A DNA stretch of 64,000 bases from Lama glama (taxonomy: Eukaryota): the NCBI GenBank assembly GCA_028534125.1, contig CM052817.1, positions 49,602,001 through 49,666,000 on the forward strand, read 5' to 3'. Under the pieces are notes generated by a model. The model saw nothing but the letters and a program-made list of their open reading frames with translations, searched no databases and was not told the DNA's origin. Positions 49,540-62,240 of the stretch are shown piece after piece (position 1 is the stretch's first letter; the number at the start of each line of letters is the position of its first letter). The position numbers and the translations under genes were made by a program.

Positions 49540-52478
49540 CTTTATTTAGCTCTATCGTCATCTCTCCTGTAGCTTGTTTTCATCCTCCAGCCTCTGAGTC
49601 TCTCTGCTTTGTCCCTTTTATTCTTTCATGACACTGACACCTGAAATAGATTTCGTCTCCATCCCAAGCCCTGCAATATTAACACCGACTCATTTAAATG
49701 CTGGATTCTTAGTTCCTAGACCCCCTCACCTCTGGTGATCTTCACTCCTTCTCAGCCATTTATTTCTAGGGCCACACCTTGAACCCTGTCACCAAAACTG
49801 TTCCGTCTCCAACAACACTAATTCCCCAAATACTTCTTTTTAACAAGTATCCTCAGTCCTTTCTGGCTGTTTTTCAACCACTTCTGTTTGTTTAGCCACA
49901 CTCTTCTGTTACACCTCAGCTTACCAACCCTCACCCACCAACATACACAACCTACACATATATTCTTTGTGTCCCTTCTCGGTTTCATTTTTATCTCTAG
50001 CTCTTACATCATCCAATACACAGTATGTTGTTTAACTGGTTTACTGTCTGTCTCTCTCACTAAAATAGAATGTAAGCTCCAAGCAGGCACACACTTTGGA
50101 GCGCCTGTTTTATTTACTGCTGTATTAGCAGCTCCTAAAACAATACCTGCACAAATATTTGTTGCCTAAATATCATCTTTATTCAGTTTCGTAGAGACCT
50201 GTAGACCATTGCTCCTCTGCTATCTCACATTCCGTTAATCCTTTCCTTTCTTCCATCATCGACTTGTCCAGCTCAGATCTCAGTGGGACCTAAGAGATCT
50301 TAGACCTCACTTTGGCTAAGACCACTAGATGCTCTCTTTCCAGTGTTTCTGACAAAGTCCCAAACCTGGAAGAACTCAATCATCCGGTTGCTCTCTTTAC
50401 CTGCATCTGAGAAGTCAAATGCTCCTGGAAAAAATACAACAGAACATGTGGTTCCACTGTAGGTTCCAGATAACAAAACTGACAACCTTACTATTTTTGT
50501 TAGTTTGTTTGTTCCTATGTCTACATTTTTCTGCATCTGTCAACATTTTCCACTTTCCTTTTTCCTTAACTTCTGGTTTTTCCTGCCCCTTGATTCTCAA
50601 CTGATGATTTTGTTTCCCAATTTTCAAAGAAAAATAGAAGTCCTAAGAGGGGAATTTCCTCATCTTCCCAGTACCAAGCATATAGATCTGCCTTCATCCA
50701 TTTCATCTGCCTTCAGCTTAGGTCACACAGAGAAGCTGCCTCCTTACTAAAGCTGATCTGTCTCCACTGCTCAAATTCCTCTGGTTGTCAGCCCTCTGGG
50801 GAAGTTTACACTAGCAACTAGGTCCTCTGTCTCCTTTCAGAGTCAACATTTTTGTTGTAACTAGATCCTGTCCTACTCAGATCTCTCAAGTTAGGGATAA
50901 AAAGAAAAAAACAATTCTTTCTTGACCCATTTTGCCTCCAGCTAGCATCTTGTCTTATCTCTTTACCATCAAATATTTGGGAAAATGTCTATACCCATTG
51001 TCTTAATTTTCTCACCTACCACTAACTCCACAAACCATTTCAGTATGGTTTCTATTGCTTTATCAAAATCTTATTGCTTCATCAAAATCTCTCTTCCTAA
51101 TGTTTTCAATGAACAACTAGTGACCTTCAACAAAATTTTTTTGTCTTTTTTTTTTCTTCTTAGCAGCATTTAATAATGCTGACCTCTCCCTCTTTCCTGC
51201 AATATTGTCTTCCCTTAGCTTGTAATGATTTTCATCCTACACCTCTCTCTACTCCTTCTCTGTGTCCTTTTCAGACTCATTCTTTTAATCACAGCCATCA
51301 CACGTTAATTTATCCTATGCCTGTTTCTCTTTTTACTCTATACTTTCTCTCCAGAGAATCTAGTTCTCTTTCATAACTTCAATTATCATTTTTTTGTAGA
51401 TGTATTATAAATTTATACTTTTGATTCCAATCTTAGTTTTGATCTCCAGACATATATTCTATTCCTACCTGGTTGCTGCACTTGGATATTTCAAAGGCCT
51501 TTCAGATTCATCTATTGCACCTGATTCTACTCTATTCCCCTCCCCACCTGATCTTCTTCCTATGTTTTGTATCTCTGTAAATGGCATCCCCTTTGATTCT
51601 GTTAAACAAGCCAGAAGGCTAGAAACATTCTAGTTTCTCTCTTTATTCCATATCCAATTGGTATGGGATCCCAATGATTTTCCTCCTTAACTCTCTCTCC
51701 ACCATCTCTTGCCTTTCTCTCCTCTCTCAACCTCTCTCTCCTCCCTCAACCTCTCTCTCCTCCTTCTCCTTCCACTCCCTCAGCTGCATTAGCCATCTAG
51801 TTTATTTTCTTATATTCACTCTTAAGCTCCTTTGGTGCATTCGTCAAATGAATGCCAGGATGGTTTCTAACAAGATGTAATCTGATCATTTCAACTCCTT
51901 CCTTTAAACACTTAAAATTCAATGGTTTATCTTTGTTGTTCTTTAAGATAAAAACCAAAAACTTCTTAAAAAGACCCACAGGGCTCCACATGGACTGACT
52001 AGTCACTTCCAACCTCCTACTGCCAGTCATTATGTATCATTTGCCCCTTGCTGTCTTCTCTCCAGTACCTCCCCCCCTTTTTTAACAGGCCCTTGCATAT
52101 ACCAAGCTCCTTCATGCCATGGGGCATTTGTCATGCTGTTCATTCTGTCTAGAACACATTTCATGCACACCTTTCTTTTCATGATTTACTCCTCTTCTTT
52201 AGATATTAGCTCAATTACATCTCACCAAGGGAAACATTCCTGACCTCCCTCACCAGTTGAATTCCCCTATTTTATGTTTCCATAGTACTTATCACAGTTG
52301 TCATTTTGCATTTATTTGCAGGCTTATTTAATATTTTTTAACCTACCTGTCAATCTCTATGAGCATAAGGACTGTTCATTTTTGGTCATCATTTTATCCT
52401 CAATGCCCATCAAAATGCCAGGGACAGATAGTAGGAACTAAACAAAGAGTTGATAAAAGAAAAAAATAAATAAATGAA
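49540..52478 (+). mobile_element. Long (~2.9 kb) decayed L2 LINE, with a second L2 3' tail nested near 49920-50170
   Basis: Pyrimidine-rich L2-like body throughout (gggccacaccttgaac, ctccagacatatatt, aaacaagccagaaggctagaaacatt, ctgatcatttcaactcc, ttagctcaattacatctc) ending in an L2-type tail ...tagtaggaactaaacaaagagttga...ataaatgaa. Confidence 0.65.
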
Positions 52479-53121
52479 GAAGGTGGAAGCGGTACAAAGA
52501 GGTTACCCTGTGTATCTCACCCTGGGTCACACAACCACTAATTATTAGAGCTGGACCTGAAAGTTGGGCATTTCAACTACTGAGACCACACTATTAACCT
52601 CTACATTTGTATCTGTTAATTTACTTAATCTTTCTTGTTCCAAAAGAGATTTAAGGGGGCTTATATAAAATTCAGAAAGCAAATATAAATTAGAATTAGA
52701 TGAGTAAAAGAAAAAGAGGCCAAATGTAGGTCCATAAAATACAGTAAGCTAACACATTCACAAGAGATCATAGGATATTTTCACCATTGCATAAATACTA
52801 ACCTCACATTAAGTATTTTATATAAATGCTTAGTAAACTATGCATAAAGTGTCTAATCAAACTAGTGAGAAAAAAATCCAGGGATGCTGAACCAGAAATA
52901 GTTCATATGCGTGAGTGTTAATCTTTCTAGAAAACAATTCACTTTAAAGTTTAGTACAACATTTTAACTCAGTTGATAGAAACATTTTATAATCTATCTC
53001 TAGTCTGGCTGTATGTTCTATGTATTGATTTCCTTTTTTTTTTCCCTGTGGAAGAGAGATGATTGTAATAACCCTCCTATTGAATTAAATTAGAGTTAAT
53101 TTTAATTTTCTTTTTCTCTAG

Positions 53122-53280
<159 letters not shown>

Positions 53281-54004
53281 TGTGAACTGTCCATGAATTA
53301 TATCCATGGCACACAGAGCTAAAACTCCTGCATATTGTATATTTATATTCTTGGGGTTTGGATCAATGCTTTTGCTGGATGTCAAGAAGTCCTTCAGACT
53401 TGAACTAATCTCATATCATTAGGTGGACTTTGTGTACATGTGACAGAACTCTTCCCTACCCTAAGGGAAGAAGACAGCGAATGACAGGTAGCACTGACTC
53501 CTCACTCACACGGGAAACTGTTTGTGATCTTATTCATCAGATGCATGTTTACAAATGGTTTCCCCCAAGTGAAGATGGGAAACATCATTCTCCACAGGAT
53601 ATAAAGAGCTGCCAGGGCTGCCAAAATCTTACCACATATAGTACCTGGAACACTTGGGATTCTTCTAGTAAAAAATCAAACAGCAATCCTCTCTAAGGAT
53701 TCAAGGCTTCAACCTTCTAGGACTGATGACTGAACACTCAATGGCTAGAATGGAGAAGTATGGGATTTGCAATATACCTTGAACTCTAACTTAGGTTTAT
53801 AAATAATAATACAGAGCATTATCATTAACCACAAGAGTTGCCACTTAAAAGATGTTGAAATGTATCTGAACTTGCTATTAACATTGTGTTATACACAAAA
53901 GCACTAGCTTCAGGATGTATGTTGTATGTTAATAAGCATTTCTGATTTATTCTTTAACAGCATCTTGCTATACATACATCAGTTGGAGTTAGACCACAAG
54001 GGAG

Positions 54005-54054
54005 AATAAAGAAGAATCTTGGGAGCACTTTTCCATGGGTACAAGGAGAATAAA
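54005..54054 (+). terminator. Candidate polyadenylation signals of TMPRSS11F
   Basis: AATAAA at 54005-54010 and 54049-54054, about 725-770 nt after the stop; further AATAAA at 54706 and 54770. Which is used is unknown. Confidence 0.45.
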
Positions 54055-54369
54055 ATGAACCAATGGGACCCAGGCTAGCAGAGTTGGTTTCAAATGATTA
54101 ATGATAAAAGAAGCACTCTTTAGATTTTTGGTAGAATGAGACATCCAGTTATGTATTTAGAAATATCTACATATGGTAACTGGTACTTTTGCAAGTCTTC
54201 AGTTCTCTGACAAATCAGATGTCTATCAGAATGTCAGGGTGGGAGAGCTGATCTGTGCAAAGCACTTAGGACAGGGCCTGGCATATATTATACACTACAT
54301 AAATGTTTGCTATAATGGAAAGAAATGCCTCTGTGAGTTTTAAGGTAAATTAACTTAAATTAGCCCCAG

Positions 54370-54612
54370 GTCTGGTGGTGGAGAGCACAGTCTTTGGAAC
54401 CAGGCTGCTCGAGCTTGACTGTTGGCTCTGCCACATTATCAACTGTGTGCCATTAACATCTCTGTGCCTTAGCTCTTTCATCTCTACAATGAGAATAAAA
54501 ATGATACCTACCTTGTATCATTATGAGAATTAAATACACTAATTTAGTAAAGCTCTTAGAAGGGTGCCCACAGTAGGCTCTCAATATGGACTAGCTGCTA
54601 TTAATTATTATT
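54370..54612 (+). mobile_element. MIR SINE, near full length
   Basis: gagagcacagtctttggaaccaggctgc...ggctctgccac...tctctgtgccttag...atacctacctt...gctattaattatta. Confidence 0.85.
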
Positions 54613-57600
54613 GTGTTTTGGACTCAATACAGCAATCTATTTTTTAAAAACTGTACCTTCTTTAAACCCATGTAATTGATTTCAGAACACCTCAAATGAC
54701 ATTGTAATAAAATTAGGTGAATTACTAGATTTTTTGAAATCACTTCTTATGTCTCATGAATATATTTTGAATAAAGTCTGCTTATACACAAGTCGTCATA
54801 GGATGCCTGGTCATCTGTCACCAGGATTATGACTACAGAAATGCAGCAGTATTCACATCCAGGCCTCACATGTGAGACCTCAAGTGCTAGATGTGTTGCT
54901 CTGATTTATTAGAGAAAAAATCTAGCCTCTTAGTGTCTCTGATGACTGAAAATTTTAATTTACATGTATGTGTGTTTATATGTAATATATGTAAACAATA
55001 TAAATATAACTAAAAAACTCCTAGTTATTATTTAATATCACAATATCATGAACAGAAAAGGGTCATCCATGCACACCTTCCTTTGGAAAAGAAAATGTCC
55101 CCAAATTTCTGAGTTGATAATGACTACTAACAACTGAGTATCAACAGAAAAAGCAGAATAAAAATGTAAAGCCCTGTACTTTTTTTTATATGTAGAGAAA
55201 CAGCTAAAGCTTTCTGGAGAAGATTTAGCATATTCTAGATGTGCCTGACTGAGGACATGCCTTTTTTACATAAAAGCCTACACAGCCTTTGTAGAAATAA
55301 GAAAACAAACCTTTCTACAAGAAAATTATTTCTACTATGTAAGTTATATAAAAATGGATATCTGCTTTTGTGTACCTATATTTATGTTTCAGGAGACTGT
55401 GACACCTTTCTGCATATAAATGTCTGTGGAACTATATATACTCATTTAAATAATTATATGCTTGATTTAATTCAACTCAATGACATTTTAACACAAGTAA
55501 GAGATATAAGTGCAAAAGGCCATAGAAAACTCTAAGAAATGGAAAAGTGGATTTTTCAAATAGGATTTACTTGTCCTATTTCTAGTTTGATGTCTGACCT
55601 ACTGAGTGGTGTTGCAGGAATCACTCAGTAGCTTTTGCCTCATATTTTCCATCTACCATATGAGATGTTAAGCTATCTACCTCATGGCATTGTGAGGCTT
55701 CCCTGTTCAATAATAAAGTTGAAAAGTCAAAGAATGTTTAAAAACTGTTCAAAAAATGCAAGGTATATTATTGCAAACTGATATCCATACATATGATGCT
55801 GTAAATGCATTAAGATTGAAAAGAAGGCGCTTTATTTTTTTTTACAGTGTTATTTATCAATAGTATTGCTTTGTGAAGTTTGCAAATATATTGTGGTTAA
55901 AAAAACTGGACTTTGTCTCTTCTGCTGCGAATGCTATAATAATGCTCACATCTTTTCACAGGAAAAAAAAAACCCTACAGTTTGTCTGACTCATTTTAAA
56001 AGACAGGTCAAATCTATTAGGGTAACAGTAAACAATACAGCATATTATCCATGTGGAATCTGGATAGAATTTTGGGTGCCGTGAGGACAAAAGGGTTAGT
56101 TTTTAATACCAGCACAAAATTGAACCAAGGTTTTTGCAGTGCTTAACCATCTCTCAGTGAAATCTTAATGATTCCATGACAAGAAGAACAAAAATATATT
56201 ATTAGGAATCGCCCCTTTTCAACTGAATGAACTTGTTGCTTTGTTTGTATATTTATGTGACAGAGAGGGGATGTGTACAAGACATCCTTCATGTGATCAC
56301 GGAAATAAAAAATAAACTTGTTACAAATGACGGAAATTAATGCTAGAATTATAGTTGTCAGAGCTGCGAAGGACCTACAAGATTGATTATCTAAATCAAC
56401 CTTCTTTTTTGATTGATGTGAAATCAAAGCCAAGAGAATTTCCCCCAAGGAATATAGTAGGTTACAGCCAACAGAGGAACAGAATTCAGGAGCCCTTTCA
56501 TCCAGCTCAGTCTTCTCTCCACTACTCTGATTTGAGTTATGCACGTTCACCACTAGCCAGGACTACTGCAGTTCTAGTGGTCGCTGGAATTACATGATTA
56601 TTACCAAACCAACGTTTCTCCTAGGAAAAAATGTAAGTTAAACTCCCATGGTGTTTAGCAAAATATATTATTGGACCAAACCAATTTTATGGTTAAGACA
56701 AACAGTATCACTTAAAACTATATCCAACTACACCTAAGGAGATGAAGGATAATTTTAATGTAGGCAAAGATGCAGTCAGTTTAAATTGGCAGGTCAGAAC
56801 ACTCCACGGAAAGTTTATCCTCCAAATCTGTACCCTAACTCATTCATTTCTCAGCCTCCACATTAAGCTTTATAATGTGAAGTAATTTGGAGCCTTAATA
56901 CGGTATAAGTTAAAAATCTATACCATATTTTAGAATGAAGAACAGCAAAAGATTTCAAACCCTGCTATGCTAAAACAACAAAAGTTTATTTTGAAATTTG
57001 CTCATTTTAATGCCTCGCTAGAAAATCTGTTTTATAAACAAAACTACAGAAGTGTACTATGCAGCAAACTAAAAACTTTTGACTAATATTATTTTGCAAT
57101 TGCTTATTATGAACATTCTTTTACAGGTTTCAATATTCTCCTTGCCAGAAAGTTTAACTATGACTAATGAATAGTGAGAGAAATGTAATCATTTCACACA
57201 ATTAAGAAGAGAAATGCATCTTTGCTCCAAACTGCCCTTAACTAGTTAAATGGAATATTATTCTATCTACCTCATGATGTTGTGAGGATTTCTTGTTGAA
57301 TAATAAAGTACAAAAGTCAGACAATGTTTCAAACTGTTTGAAAAGCGCAAAGTACGTTATTGTAAACTGGTATCAGCCCAGCTGATGCTGAACATGCACT
57401 AAGATTATCATTAGGGTTTTACAGTGTCAGCATTTTCATTTATGATTACGTTGCTTTACGTATTTTGCAAATAACATTGTTTTGTTGAAGTTATATTTAG
57501 CATTTCCTTAAAGAGAAATAATATATAATACAGCTCATGTGGTTAATATTACTTTATCAAAAAATAATAGTATGAGGCAAATCAAGTCAATTGTTGTTCA

Positions 57601-59699
57601 CTTGATAGCTCTGAGGATGAATATAATCTAAATTCATTTTATTTACAACATATTTTACAATAGCTTATGTTGAAGAATTTTGTAATCAATCAACCGGGAA
57701 CACTGTTAAAGCTATTGTGTAGCTAATGGTGGAAAATATCAAAATTATTCCAAAATCAGAATTTAACAAAGTATATTTTAAAGACTCTGCTTAATAATAT
57801 TTCAGTCTACATTCTCAATTACTAAAGATTCTTTAAGTAACAGAGCTACGTAATAATGAATATGCTAACCAAGTATCATAGGTTTCCTGTGAAGTTCTAT
57901 TTTTATATTTTGTTCCATTGTCAGAATTTCTGCCCAACTTTTATTTTAAAAACATAGTCCTGGAGATGAGGGGATTATCCTGTTAGATCTTTCTCCTCTT
58001 TCTACTCTCAAACATCAGTATTCTCCATAAAAGATATTGAGATATCCCCTTTTAAGTATTTCCAGGAGGAGAAATTTAAGAAATGCTTAGGATTACCTTT
58101 CTAATGGTTTTAACTACCTTTATTTGTATTCAAAACAAGTACCTTCTGCTGAACCTGTATCTTCCTATTTAAGTCTAGGTGGAGATAACTGAATTATTGG
58201 GATAATTTTTTAAATCCACTAGTATTTGTCCTACAAGTAATAATCCTTAGGGAAAGAGAATTAGGAAGTTGAGTAAATAGGTTAAAGTATACTATGAAGA
58301 AAACGTGAATTTAAAAATAGAGAGGAGAAATAATTAGAACCTGAAAGTGAAAAGAAGCCATTGGTAAGACAAATAGAAAGCTGTAGCCACTTGATAAAAT
58401 TAAAAAAATTAAAAAAAGAATAAAAGGGTTTTTTTTTCAATTAAAGGAAATGAATAATTGATTTAGCCTGCTTAAAAAAAAAACCAAAGAAACATTATAA
58501 CTAATACATTTTGAAAGAGAGAGGGTACACAATTTTATCAGCTTAACACAACTATTTTTTATCTTCCAATTCTTGTATATATGCATATGTATATTTTGTA
58601 ACACTGACATAACAGCACATACGTAAAATATTTCTCCATCTGAGATTATATATTTTTCAATGACCACATGTTTGGTATAATCATCATTTTTAATGGCTAC
58701 CCATGAGTTAAATTAAACCACACAGAACCTTGCCTAGAACATTCGGCTAGCTGATATCAACTAATTATTTTATATCAAGGTCAGGAACCATGGCAACCTC
58801 CCCTTCCTCAATCCATGAACCCTCTCGTGATGTACCAAACGAAGACCCTGTGATCACCTATCTTTTCCTCTGCTTTGCTTCTTTCTCACAATGCCTGTGG
58901 TTTCTTCTCTTTCTCCCAACACTGCTTTTTGTCTTCCGCAATGTTTTAACATCTCACTCTACCATCTTTCTCAGTTGATTCCACCGAGTCTTCCTTGCTT
59001 CTTTTTATCAAAATGTTCCTATACCTTCAACCTTTCACAGAATGCTCCCTCATCATCTTACTAAAGTCTGGATGTCCCTATCTAATACATCCCTTCATTG
59101 AAATCCATAATAATATTGAGTCAGAATTCTTCCAACTCCCAATTAAAAGCTTCCTAACATTTGTGTAGTCTTCCAACAATTACTGCTGCACAATAGTATA
59201 AAAACATTACACTATTTTTAGTATATAGGCTCATGTCTCTACCTATACCACATATTGCCCCTCCTAATTACTTCTAGACACTAGGTACTCCCCACCTTAA
59301 TTGAGGTAATAGGCACCTGGTCAAAATAGACCTCTCTACCCGACTCCTATCTTTATTGTGGTCAATTTCAACATCCAAGTGGATAATCCACATCTAGCCT
59401 CAATTCTTCCAACTCATAAATCCAAATGACTTTAACTTCTACTCCACTCCCATTATCTTCTATCTGGACTGTTGGAAGAACCTCAAAATGATCTTCTTTC
59501 TCCAATATTGATGTCCTCTAGTCCATACTCCTGCACCTCTAAGTTCAAATATCTCTAATTTTCCACACCCTACAGAAGAGGTACTTTATCTACAGCCTAA
59601 CAACTCGGATAGAAAAAAAAATAGTCTTTATTTCCACTAACTTTTAACAGAAACTTACTATTTCTTTCCATTATAAAATAGGCAAAACAATAACAACCC

Positions 59700-60040
59700 A
59701 GTAACATAAGCTGTATCAGTGACTGTCACTAAGAGAAATAACAGATTTTTAAATTCCATTTAACAGTTGTTATATATGTTTCAAAATATATTCATACTTA
59801 CTACAACTTTGAAATTGTGTTAATAGACTCATTGCGATATCCTGTTATTTAATATGTTAAAAGAGAAGTACATTTATTACTACTTACAAATTTCAAAATA
59901 TTTTGATACATATGTCGGTTCCTGTATAATTCTATGTATTCTGTTTTATGCATCTAAAAACATTATGAGAAGTTCATAGCCTTTACCAGAGAGCCAAAGA
60001 TGGCCATAGGCATGGCATAAAAAGAAATTAAGAGCCCTTC
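59700..60040. mobile_element. hAT-type DNA transposon remnant
   Basis: tatgtattctgttttatgcatctaaaaacatta...ccagagagccaaag...catggcataaaaagaaattaagagccct resembles a hAT-Charlie terminus; family not assigned. Confidence 0.4.
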
Positions 60041-60405
60041 ATCTGTAGGGTAAAGACAAAATCTATTTTCTAGACATAAAAAAATTTCATGATTATCTTC
60101 TATTTTCCATTTTAATCTCTCATCTTGGGTTCTTTTTGTTATTCTTCATTTTAGTTTTTCTAAAAGGTGCTTTTAGTGCTCTAAACATTACAGTGCTCCA
60201 AACACACTGTAATGTTGCATGCACAAGTGAATCCCTCTGCAGGGAAGTTCTTCCCTCCTTATCAGTTCAGCAAGTTTGCATTCTTGAAAACTGTTTTACC
60301 AACTGAGCATATTCTCAGTTTGTGCATACTGAATTTTCACTAAAATCTACTCACATTGTTAAATATATAGTTTAAAAAATACAAAACAATACTTTTTTTC
60401 AGTAT

Positions 60406-61030
60406 TGTGGCAGGCAAAATTCTAAAATGGTCCTTCAAGATCTTCTGCTGTAATCTCACTGTGAATACAATAAGATATTATATCCATGCTTATGGAACAT
60501 TACATGGTTAAAGGAATTTTGAAGACATGATTAAGGTTACTAATCACATGACTTTGAGTTAATCAAAAAGGAGAATTTTTTTTTCCAGGTGGGTCTAAAT
60601 CTAGTCCTTTAGAAGTGAGCATAGTCTCTTCTTTATAGCAGAAAAAACAAAGAGATTCCAAGTGTTAGAAAATGCAGTACTCCTGGCTTGAAGATGGAGA
60701 GGACCATTTGTCAAGAATGCAGGTAGCCTCTAGAAATTGAGGGTAATCCAAGCTGACAGGTAGCAAAGAAACACAGATCTTAGCCCTTCTGCAGTGAACT
60801 TAATTCTACCAACAGCCTGAATGAGCAGGCAAGTGACTCTTCACCACAGTCTCCAGATAGGAGCCCAGCCAAGTCCACACCTTGCTTTTAGGCTTTAAAT
60901 ACAAAGCAGAGAACAAAGCTGAGCCCACTTGAACTTCTAATCAACAGAATAAAAACAGATAAATAATGGCTGTTGTTTTAAGTGATTAAGTTTGTAGTAA
61001 TTTGTTATACGTTAACAGAAAATTGACAAA
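60406..61030 (+). mobile_element. MaLR solo LTR (MLT1E-like)
   Basis: tgtggcaggcaaaattctaaaatgg...gactttgagttaatcaaaaaggaga...ggcttgaagatggag...gttgttttaagtgattaagtttgtagtaatttgttatac; flanks agtat (60401-60405) and cgtat (61031-61035) form a 4/5 TSD. Confidence 0.85.
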
Positions 61031-61537
61031 CGTATAGAAATTTGGTTTATAAGCCAATTTGAACAATTTCCCATGCTCATTTTTTTAACATTTTGTATTG
61101 ATTTATAATCATTTTACAATGTGTCAAATTCCAGTGTAGAGCACAATTTTTCAGTTATACATGAACATATATATATTGTCACATTTTTTTCTCTATGAGC
61201 TACCATAGGATCTTGTGTATATATATATATGCCTGTGCTATACAGTATAATCTTGTTTACCTATTCTACAATTTTGAAATCCCATCTATCCCTTCCCACC
61301 CTCCGCCCCCTTGGAACCACAAGTTTGTATTCTATGTCTATGAGTCTGTTTCTGTTTTATATTTATGCTTTGCTTGTTTTTTTTGTTTTGTTTTTTCGAT
61401 TCCACATATAAGCGATCTCCTATGGTATTTTTCTTTCTCTTATTGGCTTATTTTACTTAGAATGACATTCTCCAGGAGCATCCATGTTGCTGCAAATGGC
61501 GTTATGCTGTCAGTTTTTATGGCTGAGTAGTATTCCA

Positions 61538-62037
61538 NNNNNNNNNNNNNNNNNNNNNNNNNNNNNNNNNNNNNNNNNNNNNNNNNNNNNNNNNNNNNNN
61601 NNNNNNNNNNNNNNNNNNNNNNNNNNNNNNNNNNNNNNNNNNNNNNNNNNNNNNNNNNNNNNNNNNNNNNNNNNNNNNNNNNNNNNNNNNNNNNNNNNNN
61701 NNNNNNNNNNNNNNNNNNNNNNNNNNNNNNNNNNNNNNNNNNNNNNNNNNNNNNNNNNNNNNNNNNNNNNNNNNNNNNNNNNNNNNNNNNNNNNNNNNNN
61801 NNNNNNNNNNNNNNNNNNNNNNNNNNNNNNNNNNNNNNNNNNNNNNNNNNNNNNNNNNNNNNNNNNNNNNNNNNNNNNNNNNNNNNNNNNNNNNNNNNNN
61901 NNNNNNNNNNNNNNNNNNNNNNNNNNNNNNNNNNNNNNNNNNNNNNNNNNNNNNNNNNNNNNNNNNNNNNNNNNNNNNNNNNNNNNNNNNNNNNNNNNNN
62001 NNNNNNNNNNNNNNNNNNNNNNNNNNNNNNNNNNNNN
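61538..62037. other. Assembly gap (500 N)
   Basis: Run of exactly 500 n inside the L1. Confidence 1.
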
Positions 62038-62240
62038 GGGTCATATGGTAAGTCTATTCCTAGTCTTTTGAGGAATCTCCATACTGTTTTCCACAGTGGC
62101 TTTCCTTGCTTCCCTATCCCACTCTTAATGACTTAGATGTCTTCTTTTACAATTTTGTGTTTATTTTATTTGTAAATCATAAGTTATCACTTTTTCAGTT
62201 ATGAGTTTCTCATTTCTGTAGCATCCTGCTTCTTTTCTAT

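Noticed and set aside
55599..55631. Hairpin CTACTGAGTG...CACTCAGTAG (10-bp stem, 13-nt loop)
   Set aside because: Too short for a pre-miRNA, lies in MIR-like decay, and is compatible with chance.
56143..56597. 136-aa (-) and 80-aa (+) ORFs downstream of the gene
   Set aside because: They partly overlap MIR-like decay and lack coding-like composition or recognisable motifs.
61484..62071. The two longest ORFs in the track (195 aa and 175 aa)
   Set aside because: Artefacts of translating the 500-N gap.
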